Assembly: GCA_030146615.1 (NCBI GenBank)
Contig: JASLBL010000239.1
Coordinates: 758 to 64,757, forward strand
Direction: 5' to 3'
From: Actinomycetes bacterium
GTDB lineage: Bacteria; Actinomycetota; CALGFH01
Length of the DNA: 64,000 nucleotides
The notes beneath the pieces were generated by a model that saw nothing but the letters and a program-made list of their open reading frames with translations, made no database searches and was not told the origin of the DNA. Below are positions 55,546-64,000 of the stretch, piece by piece. Positions within the stretch are counted from its first letter, which is position 1, and the number at the start of each line of letters is the position of its first letter. A program made the translations under genes and the position numbers.

Positions 55546-55932
55546 ATGCTCACCGCTTACGTCGTTGTCGGTGGCCTGCTCGCCGCCTACCTCACCTTCT
55601 CGGTCGCGGCCGACGTCGCCCGCTATCACCGGGTCCTCACCGCCATGGCCAACGCGAACGTGCCGGAATCGTGGCTGACCACCCTGGCCACCCTCAAAGC
55701 AGCCGGGGCCCTCGGCCTGCTCGTCGGCATCGGCGTGCCACTGATCGGGACGACCACCATAGGCATCTCCACGGCCGCCGCCGCCATCGGGACGGCCGCG
55801 GCCGTCGGCGTCATCGTGTTCTTCGTCGGTGCCGTCATCACCCACCTGCGCGCACGCGACTTCTCGCTCGCCCCCGCGACCGTGTTCCTCCTGCTCGCGG
55901 TGGCCACGCTGGTGTTAGGGCTGGCCTCCTGA
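55546..55932 (+). CDS. DoxX-family membrane protein
   Basis: 128 aa from MLTAYVVVGGLLAAYLTF...LKAAGALGLLVG...; divergent from hsp20. Confidence 0.65.
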   Translation: MLTAYVVVGGLLAAYLTFSVAADVARYHRVLTAMANANVPESWLTTLATLKAAGALGLLVGIGVPLIGTTTIGISTAAAAIGTAAAVGVIVFFVGAVITHLRARDFSLAPATVFLLLAVATLVLGLAS

Positions 55933-56168
55933 TGGATCTGGCCAAGCATCCGTCGCTGCTGGCCAACCTCTATGAGTCCAACGGCAACACCCTGGTCCTG
56001 GCCGCCCATGCCAACGCCTCGGCCCCGGCCCACTGCCGGCGGGACGCCTCGCTGCCCTACACCGGTTCTGGTGCCGGTCTGTCGGCCGGAGCGGCCGCTG
56101 GGCTGCTGGCGGTGGGAGTAGCGCTGGTGCTTGGCACCCGCCGCCGGTCCGGCTCAGCTGCGCCCTGA
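55932..56168 (+). CDS. 78-aa ORF ending in an LPXTG-like sorting-signal tail (LPYTG + hydrophobic stretch + RRRS); doubtful
   Basis: ATG overlaps the DoxX stop (TGATG). No N-terminal signal peptide. Rest of the ORF is Ala-rich, GC-biased. Confidence 0.25.
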   Translation: MDLAKHPSLLANLYESNGNTLVLAAHANASAPAHCRRDASLPYTGSGAGLSAGAAAGLLAVGVALVLGTRRRSGSAAP

Positions 56169-56187
56169 CCTGGGTTCGCGGTTCGGT

Positions 56188-56562
56188 TCAGGCCAGGCCG
56201 AGCTGCTTTAGACGCCCGAGGGTGTCCTCCAGGGACCACACCTGGGTAATCCGGCCGTCGCGTATCCGGAAGATCGACACCTCGTCCACCCGCTCGAAGC
56301 GGCGGCCGGTTGGAGGGTGGCCGAGCCACTCACCAAGGTGAGTGGCGGAGCAGGTGAAGCGGCCCACCACCTGGTCGCCCTCGGCGATCAGCTCCACGAC
56401 CTCCATGTGGACATCAGGGAAGCTGGCCCGGAACGGCGCGATCCAGCGCCTCGCGGCCGGGGCAAGCTCGGGGGCGTACAGCTCGTCGATCGCCTCCAGC
56501 CGGCCACCGTTGAGGACTTCGGTGATCAGCCGCCGGATCGTCGCCTTGTCGTGCTCGCTCAC
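56188..56562 (-). CDS. SnoaL-like ester cyclase family protein
   Basis: 124 aa; [21 protein letters not shown]...RDGRITQVW typical of the ester-cyclase subgroup. Confidence 0.75.
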   Translation of the reverse strand: MSEHDKATIRRLITEVLNGGRLEAIDELYAPELAPAARRWIAPFRASFPDVHMEVVELIAEGDQVVGRFTCSATHLGEWLGHPPTGRRFERVDEVSIFRIRDGRITQVWSLEDTLGRLKQLGLA

Positions 56563-57152
56563 CGATGCTCCTCGCGGGGTGTTGCCACTCAGTTCGGCCG
56601 TGGGGCGTACATGATCACCGCCACCCCCGGCCAGGCATAGGGTCCCGGCACCGGCGAAGGCCAGGCCGCGGTGTTCCCGGACGCCTAGCCAGACCAGCCA
56701 GGTCCCGCCGAGCTCGGCCAGCGCGGCCAGGGGGACAGAGGATCGAGGGCAGCACGGTCATGGCGTCACCCTACCCCGGAGGCGAGGGGCTGGCCTGGCC
56801 TTGGCCGGGTGCCGCGTCGTCGCCAATGCCGCGCCCATGCGGGACCTGCGGCGGCCATCCCTAGCAGAACAGCCGGGAGGAGCAGGCCGGCAACCACGAT
56901 CGCCACGCCGGCGAGGAGCCCGGCGGCGGCCAGGGGAGCGGGCAGCAGGCCACACAGGCCACCATGGCCAGCCCACCGGCCAGAGTGCCCCGCCGGGCCG
57001 GTCGGGGTCCGGTGGGTGAGGCGCGGCTCGGATCGGGTGTCCCGCCGGGTAGGCTGCCAGCCCAGACGTCAGGGGTGAAGCCAGGTGGCGCGAGAAATGA
57101 GCGGATCGCGAGGGCTGGCCGACCGGGCTCGCGTGCGGTCTCGGCCAGCCGC

Positions 57153-58121
57153 CTAGAGCCTGGGCGTTGCGCGGTGGTAGCGGTCGGCCAGCGCGCGGAT
57201 GTGGTCGACAAGCTCGGGTGGTTCGCTGACCTCGAAGTCGGCACCGAGCATGCCGAGGTGGACCGCGAGAGCGTCGAGCGTCGCCGCGCCGGTATGCAGC
57301 AGGCAGGTGTCCTTGTCGACCACCTCCAGCAGCCCAACCCCGGGCGGGATCCGCTGGGCGACCGCCTCGGCCGGCGCGTGCAAGCGCACCTGGGTGCGAT
57401 AGCGCCATCCAGCGGACCAGCCGCCCCGCGAGATGGAGTCGGCGAGATCGATGTCGGGCAGTTCGCGGGGCACAAACCGTGGGCCGGTCGGGACGCGGGG
57501 CTGGAGGCGGTCGACCCGGAAGGTCCGCCAGTCCTCCCGTTCCACGTCCCAGGCGAGCAGGTACCAGCGGCGGCCCCAGCACACCAGCCGGTGTGGCTCG
57601 GTGGTGCGGAGGCTGGCCGACCCGCCATGGTCGCGGTAGTCGAAGCGCAGCCGCTGCTGGTCGCGGCAGGCGCCCGCGATCATCGCCAGCACTTCGACGT
57701 CCACCGTCGCGCCGGCGGCCTCCATCGGCACCGTCACCGTGTAGGCCGCCACGGCGTTGACCCGACGGCGCAGCCGCGACGGCAGGACCTGCTCCAGCTT
57801 GGCCAGGGCACGGACCGAGGTCTCCTCGATCCCGGCCACCACACCGCCGCTGGCGGCCGTGCGCAGTCCCACGGCGACCGCGACGGCCTCCTCGTCGTCC
57901 AGCAGCAGCGGCGGCAGGGCCGCGCCCGCGCCGAGCCGGTAGCCGCCAGCGACACCCCGGGTCGCGTGCACCGGGTAGCCGAGGTCGCGGAGCCGCTCCA
58001 CGTCGCGGCGGACGGTCCGGGCGCTGATGGCGAGCCGGTCGGCCAACTCCGCGCCCGACCAGTCGCGCCGGGACTGCAGCAGTGACAGCAGTCGCAGCAG
58101 CCGCGCCGAAGTCGCCAACAT
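57153..58121 (-). CDS. YafY-family (HTH + WYL domain) transcriptional regulator
   Basis: N-terminal LLRLLSLLQSRRDWSGAELADRLAISARTVRRDVERLRDLGYPV; WYL-like middle domain; 322 aa. Confidence 0.85.
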   Translation of the reverse strand: MLATSARLLRLLSLLQSRRDWSGAELADRLAISARTVRRDVERLRDLGYPVHATRGVAGGYRLGAGAALPPLLLDDEEAVAVAVGLRTAASGGVVAGIEETSVRALAKLEQVLPSRLRRRVNAVAAYTVTVPMEAAGATVDVEVLAMIAGACRDQQRLRFDYRDHGGSASLRTTEPHRLVCWGRRWYLLAWDVEREDWRTFRVDRLQPRVPTGPRFVPRELPDIDLADSISRGGWSAGWRYRTQVRLHAPAEAVAQRIPPGVGLLEVVDKDTCLLHTGAATLDALAVHLGMLGADFEVSEPPELVDHIRALADRYHRATPRL

Positions 58122-58214
58122 TCCTGGAGTCTGCCACCTCTAGCGGACAGAAACTGACCGCAACGGCTCGTATGGTCGTCCTCGTCGCCGTCCGCCAGTC
58201 CGGAAGGAGCCGTC

Positions 58215-59363
58215 ATGGCCGACACCAAGATTCGCCCGTTCCACATCCAGATCCCGCAGGCCGACCTGGACGACCTCGCCGACCGGCTGGCCCGGACCCG
58301 CTGGGCCAACGAGCTCCCCATGGACACCAGCGGCCCGCAGCGGGGCCCGGTCCCGCCGGGCTGGGAGTACGGCGTCCCGGTCGGCTACGTCCGTGACCTG
58401 GTCGACCACTGGCAGCACCAGTACGACTGGCACACCTGGGAGGCAAGGCTCAACCACTACCCGCAGTTCATCACCGAGATCGACGGGCAGAGGATCCACT
58501 TCCTGCACGTCCGCTCCTCCGAGCCGGAGGCCACGCCGCTGATCCTCACCCACGGCTGGCCCAACACCTACCTGGAGTACGTCGACCTCGACGGGCCGCT
58601 CACCGACCCCCGCGGCCACGGCGGTGAGGCGGCCGACGCCTTCCACGTGGTGGTCCCGTCGCTGCCCGGCTTCGCCTTCTCCGGGCCCACCCGCGAGCCG
58701 GGCTGGGACGCACACCGGACCGCGCGAGCGTGGGCGGAGCTGATGCGGCGGCTCGGCTATGACCGCTATGGCGCGCACGGCAACGACGCCGGCGCCATCG
58801 TGGCGCCCCTCCAGGGACGGGTCGACCCCGAGCATGTCATCGGGGTGCACGTCAACCAGCTCTTCTCCTTCCCCTCGGGTGACCCGGCCGAGTTCGAGGG
58901 CCTGACGCCCGAGGAGCTGCACTATCTGAACTTCCTGCAGGGCTTCGTCGAGCACGCGGTCCACGACAAGCTGCAGCAGGCGCAGCCCCAGACGGTCGCG
59001 CACGCGCTGGCCGACTCACCGGCCGGGCAGATCGCCTGGAGCGGTCAGCTGTTCGGCGACGCCCTGAGCAAGGACCACATCATCACCAACGTCGCAATCT
59101 ACTGGCTGACCAACACGGCGGCGTCGGCGGCCCGCTTCTACTACGAGAACAAGCATGCCGAGCAGCCGACCGGGCCGACCACCGTCCCCATCGGCCTGGC
59201 CAGCTTCGCCTTCGACTTCCGGCCGATCCGCCGGTTCGCCGAACGCGACCACGCCAACATCGTCTCCTGGAGCGAGTTCGACCGCGGCAGCCACTGGGCC
59301 GCCCACGACGCTCCCGACCTGCTGCTCGGTGACATCCGCCAGTTCTTCCGCACCCTGCGGTGA
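58215..59363 (+). CDS. epoxide hydrolase (microsomal EH-like, alpha/beta hydrolase with EHN N-domain)
   Basis: IRPFHIQIPQADLDDL...LILTHGWP...HGNDAGA...FDRGSHWAA; 382 aa. Confidence 0.85.
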   Translation: MADTKIRPFHIQIPQADLDDLADRLARTRWANELPMDTSGPQRGPVPPGWEYGVPVGYVRDLVDHWQHQYDWHTWEARLNHYPQFITEIDGQRIHFLHVRSSEPEATPLILTHGWPNTYLEYVDLDGPLTDPRGHGGEAADAFHVVVPSLPGFAFSGPTREPGWDAHRTARAWAELMRRLGYDRYGAHGNDAGAIVAPLQGRVDPEHVIGVHVNQLFSFPSGDPAEFEGLTPEELHYLNFLQGFVEHAVHDKLQQAQPQTVAHALADSPAGQIAWSGQLFGDALSKDHIITNVAIYWLTNTAASAARFYYENKHAEQPTGPTTVPIGLASFAFDFRPIRRFAERDHANIVSWSEFDRGSHWAAHDAPDLLLGDIRQFFRTLR

Positions 59364-59678
59364 CCTGAGCGCCATAGGGGTGCCTGCCCGGATGGGCCAT
59401 GGCGCCGCCGGCCTCCCCCTGCTGGCGACCAAGCTGTTCGTGCCCCGGCCCCGCCCCGACCTGGTCCCGCGGCCCCGGCTGCTGGCCCGCCTCGACGGCA
59501 TGACCGAGCTGGCCGGCCCTGCTGCTGATCGTGCGCCTGGAGTGGGAGGGGGACGACCGTGAGCCCTCTGACCGTCCTGCCGCCGGCATTCGTAAAGCAA
59601 GGTAGGTTCTACGACCACAGGCCAGGAAAGGAGCCGCCGTGTCCGCAACCGAGGTCCGCGAGCTGGGGGAGGCGCCCC

Positions 59679-60161
59679 ATGGCTGCTGAGCTCGCCGACG
59701 TCGCCCGGAGCGTGGTCGACGCCAACAGCTACATGGCCCTCGGCACCGCTGATGAGGCCGGGAATCCGTGGGTCTCGCCGGTGTGGTTTGCCTCCGAGGA
59801 CTACCGAAACTTCCACTGGGTCTCATCGCCCGACGCCAAGCACTCGCGGAACCTCGCCGCCCACCCCGAGGTTGCGATCGCGATCTTCGACTCCACGGTC
59901 CCGGTCGGCGGCGCCCAGGCCGTGTACATGAAGGGCATGGCCAAGCAGCTCACCGGCGCCGAGCTCGAACAGGGTCTTGAGGTCTTTGACCGCGTGTCCC
60001 GGCGGGACATCGGTCGCGCCTTTGGACTGGACGATGTGCAGGGATCGGCCCTGTTCCGGCTCTATCGGGCGACGGTCTCCGAGCACTGGGTGCTGATCCC
60101 GGGCCGGGATCCAGACCGTGGCTCGGGGGTCGACCGCAGCGAGCGCGTGTCGCTCGATTGA
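59679..60161 (+). CDS. pyridoxamine 5'-phosphate oxidase-like FMN/F420-binding split-barrel protein
   Basis: 160 aa from MAAELADVARSVVDANSYMALGTADEAGNPWVSPVWF; SD GGGGGAGG. Confidence 0.7.
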   Translation: MAAELADVARSVVDANSYMALGTADEAGNPWVSPVWFASEDYRNFHWVSSPDAKHSRNLAAHPEVAIAIFDSTVPVGGAQAVYMKGMAKQLTGAELEQGLEVFDRVSRRDIGRAFGLDDVQGSALFRLYRATVSEHWVLIPGRDPDRGSGVDRSERVSLD

Positions 60162-60221
60162 GAGGTCGTTTCTCAAGGCCGGGAGGGGCGACCACCGGGG
60201 AAGGCGGGCGCTTGGCGGAGG

Positions 60222-61082
60222 GTGCGGCCAGGGCCGGACAATGGCGCCGTGGAGTCCGAGGACATCGTCGTCACCCACCTGTTCCCGCCCGAGCGGGCGT
60301 CGCTCGTGGAGCTGCTCTCCTCGCTTCCCGCTGGGCAGTGGCAGGCACCCACGGTGTGTCCGGGCTGGTCGGTCAAGGATGTCGCGCTGCATCTGCTGGG
60401 CGACGACATCGACCTGCTCTCCCGACGCCGGGACGGCGCCGCCACAGCTGACGCGCCCAGCCAGCCGGCTGGATTCCAGGAGCTGGTGGTGTCCCTTGAC
60501 CGGCTGAACCAGACCTGGGTGGAGGCGACCCGCCGGATCAGCACCCGGCTGCTGTGCGAGCTGCTCGCCGTCACCGGCGAGGCGACCGGGCGCTACCTGA
60601 CCAGCCTGGATCTGTCTGCGGTGGAGGAATCGGTCTCTTGGATCCGGCCCGACCCGGTCCCGAACTGGCTGGATGTGGCCCGCCAGTACACCGAGCGGTG
60701 GACCCACCAGCAGCAGATCCGCGACGCGGTCGGGGTGCCGGGGCTGAAGGAGCCGGCCTTCATGGCGCCGGTGCTGGCCACCTTTGTGCACGCGCTGCCA
60801 CGGGCGTTCACGGGCGTGCCGGCGTCGGTGGGGACGACGGTGGAGGTCGTACTCGCTGGGGAGGCAGGCGGGTGCTGGGTGCTGACCCGGACGCCGGACG
60901 GATGGCGGCTGACGGCAGGCACGGCTGGAGCACCGGCGGCGCGAGTGGTGCTGGACGCCGAGACGGCCTGGCGGCTGTGGACCAAGGGGATCAGGCCGGA
61001 CGCGGCCCGGGCAGCGGTCCCAATATCGGGCGATCGTGCGCTTGGCCTTCGGGTCGTGGACGCCGTTGCCATCGTCGGCTAA
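60222..61082 (+). CDS. DinB_2 / maleylpyruvate-isomerase-family mycothiol-dependent enzyme-like protein
   Basis: WQAPTVCPGWSVKDVALHLLGDD matches the N-terminal metal-binding motif of the TIGR03083-type family. Confidence 0.65.
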   Translation: MRPGPDNGAVESEDIVVTHLFPPERASLVELLSSLPAGQWQAPTVCPGWSVKDVALHLLGDDIDLLSRRRDGAATADAPSQPAGFQELVVSLDRLNQTWVEATRRISTRLLCELLAVTGEATGRYLTSLDLSAVEESVSWIRPDPVPNWLDVARQYTERWTHQQQIRDAVGVPGLKEPAFMAPVLATFVHALPRAFTGVPASVGTTVEVVLAGEAGGCWVLTRTPDGWRLTAGTAGAPAARVVLDAETAWRLWTKGIRPDAARAAVPISGDRALGLRVVDAVAIVG

Positions 61083-61182
61083 GAGGGTGCGGCAGTAGGT
61101 GGGTGGGCGCCGGAGTTTGGGCGTGGTGCGGCATCCGGAAACGGCTGGACCGGTCGTGGCGGGGTTGGCTAGGGTCGCTGTC

Positions 61183-61650
61183 ATGGACTGGCCGATGGTG
61201 CTGCGCGGCATCGATGACGCACTAGCAAGCGATCTGGGCCGCGCTGAGAAGGCGGTCCGGGTCGCTGCGCTGATCCGGCAAGCAGGGAGCTACCGTTGGG
61301 TCGGGCTGTACGCGGTGACCGAGCAGGAGATCATCGCCATCGGCTGGAGCGGACCAGGGGCGCCTGCTCACCCACGCTTTCCGGTGACCCAAGGGCTCAG
61401 CGGGGCGGCTGTTGCCACCAAGGGTGCCGTGGTGGTCAACGACGTGACCGCTGATCCGCGCTACCTGACGGCCTTTGCGAGCACCCTGTCGGAGGCGATC
61501 GTCCCGGTGGTCGATCCCGGCACGGGCACGGTGGTGGGCACGCTAGATGTGGAAAGCGCCGAGCGGGATGCCTTCACCGAAGCCGACCGTCAAGCGCTGG
61601 AGGAGTGCGCCGCCGCCCTCAGGGGCCTGGTTGCCGAAGCGGGGTCGTAG
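61183..61650 (+). CDS. GAF-domain protein
   Basis: 155 aa; YRWVGLYAV...GLSGAAVATKGAVVVNDVTADPRY...VVGTLDVES GAF pattern. Confidence 0.7.
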   Translation: MDWPMVLRGIDDALASDLGRAEKAVRVAALIRQAGSYRWVGLYAVTEQEIIAIGWSGPGAPAHPRFPVTQGLSGAAVATKGAVVVNDVTADPRYLTAFASTLSEAIVPVVDPGTGTVVGTLDVESAERDAFTEADRQALEECAAALRGLVAEAGS

Positions 61651-61883
61651 GTCGCCGCGGTCGGCGGGGTGGTCATGGTCGGCAGTGAGGGCGGACATCA
61701 GCGGTACTGGGCGTCTAGCCGTAGAGCACGAAGGTGCTGTCGACGCCTCCGGCGCCGAGGATCTCCAGCAACTCGACCAGGCACTTGGCCTGGTCCTCCT
61801 CGTCTCGAATCCTGTCTCCTTGGCGTTCCTGCAAGGCCACCGAGCGCTCGGCATGCGGCTCCGGACCTTGCAGGGTGCTTCGA

Positions 61884-62465
61884 CTAGGACGGCGACCCGG
61901 ACGTTGCCGTGGTCGAGGTCTTGAGGGTTCGGAACGTGATCGAGTAGCGCAGGGCCTTGGTCGGCGGGATGGAGTGCTGCCAGGCGAACCGGGCGGCGCC
62001 GGCCAGCACATAGGCCGAGCGTGGTTCCAAGTTGATCTCGGCCACCTGGCGCCCGTCCCCCTTGCCGCGCTGGAAGCGCATGCGGCAGGCGGCGGCGAAC
62101 GAGATCCCGACCACCTTGGGGCCGAACATGGGCGCGTCGCGATGCCACCCGATGGCGGCCCCCGGCGGGTACCTGGAGACCAGGATCTGGGCGAAGTCCT
62201 CTGGATCCAGGCCGGCCAACGCCCCGGCCCGCCGCTGGAGCCAGCCGAGCTCGCGTGGCAGCGGTTCGGTCGGCTCCAGCTTCCAGGACTCGTATCCGTA
62301 GTCCAGGCCGAAATGGCGGACAGTCCGCCGGGCGGTCTGCCCGTGCATGGTGATGGTGTGGAACTCCATCGCCTCGAGCACGTCGAGCACCTGCCGCTCC
62401 TCGGCCTCGGTGAGGAACTCGGGCTGGTAGACCAGCCCGCTGGGCTCGAGCTGCCGCTCAGACAT
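61884..62465 (-). CDS. AlkB-family 2-oxoglutarate/Fe(II)-dependent dioxygenase
   Basis: 193 aa; HRD...H iron-binding context (IGWHRDAPMFG...RFAWQHSIPP) and C-terminal RYSITFRTL. Confidence 0.8.
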   Translation of the reverse strand: MSERQLEPSGLVYQPEFLTEAEERQVLDVLEAMEFHTITMHGQTARRTVRHFGLDYGYESWKLEPTEPLPRELGWLQRRAGALAGLDPEDFAQILVSRYPPGAAIGWHRDAPMFGPKVVGISFAAACRMRFQRGKGDGRQVAEINLEPRSAYVLAGAARFAWQHSIPPTKALRYSITFRTLKTSTTATSGSPS

Positions 62466-62482
62466 CGGGCGGACCGGAGCTA

Positions 62483-63256
62483 CTACCTCGCGTGCTGACG
62501 CAGGGCGGCGATCAGCTCGTCCTTGCTCATCGTCGAGCGGCCTTCGATCTCCAGCTCCCGAGCCCGCTCGCGAAGCTCCTCAATGCTGCGCTCCTCGTAG
62601 GCCCGCCGATCCGGGGTGCGGTCCTGCTGGGGCGCCTGGCCCTTGGGCGCTTCGGTCTTGGCCGATCGTGACCGGCGGTGGTCGCGCAGGGCAGCGATCA
62701 GCTCCTCCTTGTTCATCGAGGAGCGGCCTTCGATCTGCAGCTCACCAGCTCGCTCCCGGAGCTCCTCGAGGCTGCGCTCCTCGTAGGTCCGCCCGTCGGG
62801 CCTGCGGTCCTGCCTGGCCGACGCAGCCGTCGTGGTGTCACCCGTGGAGGCCTGCGGCTGCTCCGAGCGCTCCCGGTTTGGCTGCTCCTGCTCGGCCTCG
62901 GCGGCTTCGACTCGGTGGACGTGCTCGTCGACGCTGGCCTCGACGCCCGCCGCGGCGGTGTCGACGGTCTCCACCGCGATGTCGACCTGGCGGGTGGCGA
63001 CGTCGGCGAGGGTGCGGGCGAGTTGGTGCTGGGCGGCGAGGGTCTGCTCGGCCGCGTCGAAGGCGCGGTCGACGATGCCGGCGAAGTCGACGCCAGGTGC
63101 GGGGAGCGTGAGGGTCCGGGTCAGCTGCTCGGTGATGGTGGTCCAGGTGCGGATGGTGTCGATCACGGCGGCTTGGCCCTGGCGAACGGCGCTCACCAGG
63201 TAGTGCTGGGCATCGGTGTCTGGGCGAGTTTCGGTCGGCACGTGTGTCCCCTTCAT
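62483..63256 (-). CDS. Rho_N-like-domain-containing protein with two tandem C-terminal repeats
   Basis: Two copies of YEERS(L/I)EELRERA(G/R)EL(Q/E)IEGRS(S/T)M(N/S)K(E/D)ELIAALR; direct repeat of ~160 bp in the DNA. Start ambiguous (63256 or 63292). Confidence 0.6.
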   Translation of the reverse strand: MKGTHVPTETRPDTDAQHYLVSAVRQGQAAVIDTIRTWTTITEQLTRTLTLPAPGVDFAGIVDRAFDAAEQTLAAQHQLARTLADVATRQVDIAVETVDTAAAGVEASVDEHVHRVEAAEAEQEQPNRERSEQPQASTGDTTTAASARQDRRPDGRTYEERSLEELRERAGELQIEGRSSMNKEELIAALRDHRRSRSAKTEAPKGQAPQQDRTPDRRAYEERSIEELRERARELEIEGRSTMSKDELIAALRQHAR

Positions 63257-63369
63257 CTGGATGATGACGCGTAGTATAGTACGCAACTGCATGGTACGTC
63301 CAGCACGGGCGTCAGCCGTTCCCGCCGGGTTCGTGGCCGTCCAACCCGATCGTGCGCTCCCGGCATAGG

Positions 63370-64000
63370 TCAGGCCCAGCCGTGGAGGAGGCCGACGCCG
63401 GCGCCGGCGGCGATCAGCCAGGTCGGGTTCGGGTGCCAGCGGAGCAGGACGGCGAGGGTGGCGGCGGCCAGGGCGACAGTGAGGAGGTCGACCAGGGCGG
63501 TGCGGGCGAGCTGGGCGGCGACCCCGGCCATGAGGGCGACGGCGGCCACGTTGACGCCGTCCAGGGCGGTGCGGACCCAGGGGCGGTTGCGGACGGCGGC
63601 GAGGAGCCGGTCGATCAGGGGCACGAACACGAACGAGGGCGCGAAGATGGCGACGGTGGCCACGACCGCGCCGGGGGTCCCGGCGGCCAGGTAGCCGATG
63701 AAGGTGGCCGTGGTGAAGACCGGGCCGGGGGTGATCTGGCCGACGGCGACGGCGTCGACCAGCTGGCGGTCGCTGATCACCCGCAGCCCTTCCACCAGGT
63801 CGTCGCGGAGGAAGGCCAGCAGCACATAGCCGCTGCCGAACACCACCGAGCCGAGCTTGAGGAAGGTCCAGAACAGGGTGGTCAGGCTGACCGAGCCGGC
63901 GGCGGCCGGGGCCTGGAGCAGCAGGGGTCCGGCCAGCGGGACCAGGATGGCGGGGGCGCCGAAGCGGGCCGCGAACCGGCGGCCGCCGGTGACGGCCAGC
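63370..64000 (-). CDS. chrA: chromate transporter ChrA family, C-terminal part (continues beyond window end)
   Basis: FLKLGSVVFGSGYVLLAFLRDDLV...ITPGPVFTTATFIGY motifs of ChrA; the frame stays open to position 64000. Confidence 0.75.
   Translation of the reverse strand, partial: LAVTGGRRFAARFGAPAILVPLAGPLLLQAPAAAGSVSLTTLFWTFLKLGSVVFGSGYVLLAFLRDDLVEGLRVISDRQLVDAVAVGQITPGPVFTTATFIGYLAAGTPGAVVATVAIFAPSFVFVPLIDRLLAAVRNRPWVRTALDGVNVAAVALMAGVAAQLARTALVDLLTVALAAATLAVLLRWHPNPTWLIAAGAGVGLLHGWA

Noticed and set aside
56758-58137. 459-aa minus-strand ORF and 56964..58085(+) ORF
   Set aside because: Overlap the well-supported YafY regulator in other frames/strand; Arg/Gly/Pro-rich.
1-64000. Search for tRNA/rRNA genes, CRISPR repeats, transposases/integrases, terminal inverted repeats
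   Set aside because: No T-loop/acceptor-stem candidates, no regularly spaced direct repeats and no transposase- or integrase-like translations were recognised. GTTCGA-containing sites at 16349, 22390 and 34340 lack tRNA cloverleaf context.

Overview
High-GC (~70%) chromosomal segment, almost certainly actinobacterial, with dense coding and typical 4-nt ATGA/GTGA start-stop overlaps. No rRNA, tRNA, CRISPR array, transposase or integrase was recognised. Coordinates may be off by 1-3 nt in places.

- 1..14643, all minus strand: one long aryl-acid catabolic supra-operon. Liv-type ABC importer (livKHMGF), two paralogous aldehyde dehydrogenases, two crotonases, a TetR regulator, a PaaI thioesterase, a benzoate-CoA-ligase-family ligase, an amidohydrolase, and a phenylacetyl-CoA-epoxidase-like paaA/paaD(N)/paaB/paaC/paaD(C) set. 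PaaD is split into two separated genes and PaaB carries an in-frame TAG.
- 14.7-22 kb: decayed, small-gene-rich stress neighbourhood. Group-3 (SigB/SigF-like) sigma factor; a low-GC two-gene membrane module; DUF2795; a double TRASH/YHS Cys-rich protein; an unknown 78-aa protein; several gene relics.
- 22.4-33.5 kb: CDF transporter, a 1149-aa adenylate-cyclase/NB-ARC/TPR STAND protein, SnoaL-like protein, membrane-anchored Moco oxidoreductase, OmpR/HK two-component pair, truncated epimerase, FMN reductase.
- 33.5-35.8 kb: GT2 / DUF2064 (TIGR04282-type) / methyltransferase cassette of unknown function.
- 36.3-46.3 kb: frameshifted GAF-ANTAR regulator; NhaA; CBS + ArsB/NhaD permease; an NhaA relic; a tightly coupled NfeD-SPFH(stomatin)-ABC exporter operon; HTH_20 regulator.
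- 46.4-64 kb: folE, ferredoxin reductase, transaldolase-membrane protein-GH15, DUF488, DUF4386, DUF5994, hsp20 with a promoter-embedded inverted-repeat operator, DoxX, YafY, epoxide hydrolase, PNPOx-like, mycothiol-type DinB protein, GAF, AlkB, Rho_N-repeat protein, partial ChrA.

Recurring theme: internally deleted relics of genes whose intact copies lie in the same window (AlkB, NhaA), plus homopolymer-associated frameshifts.
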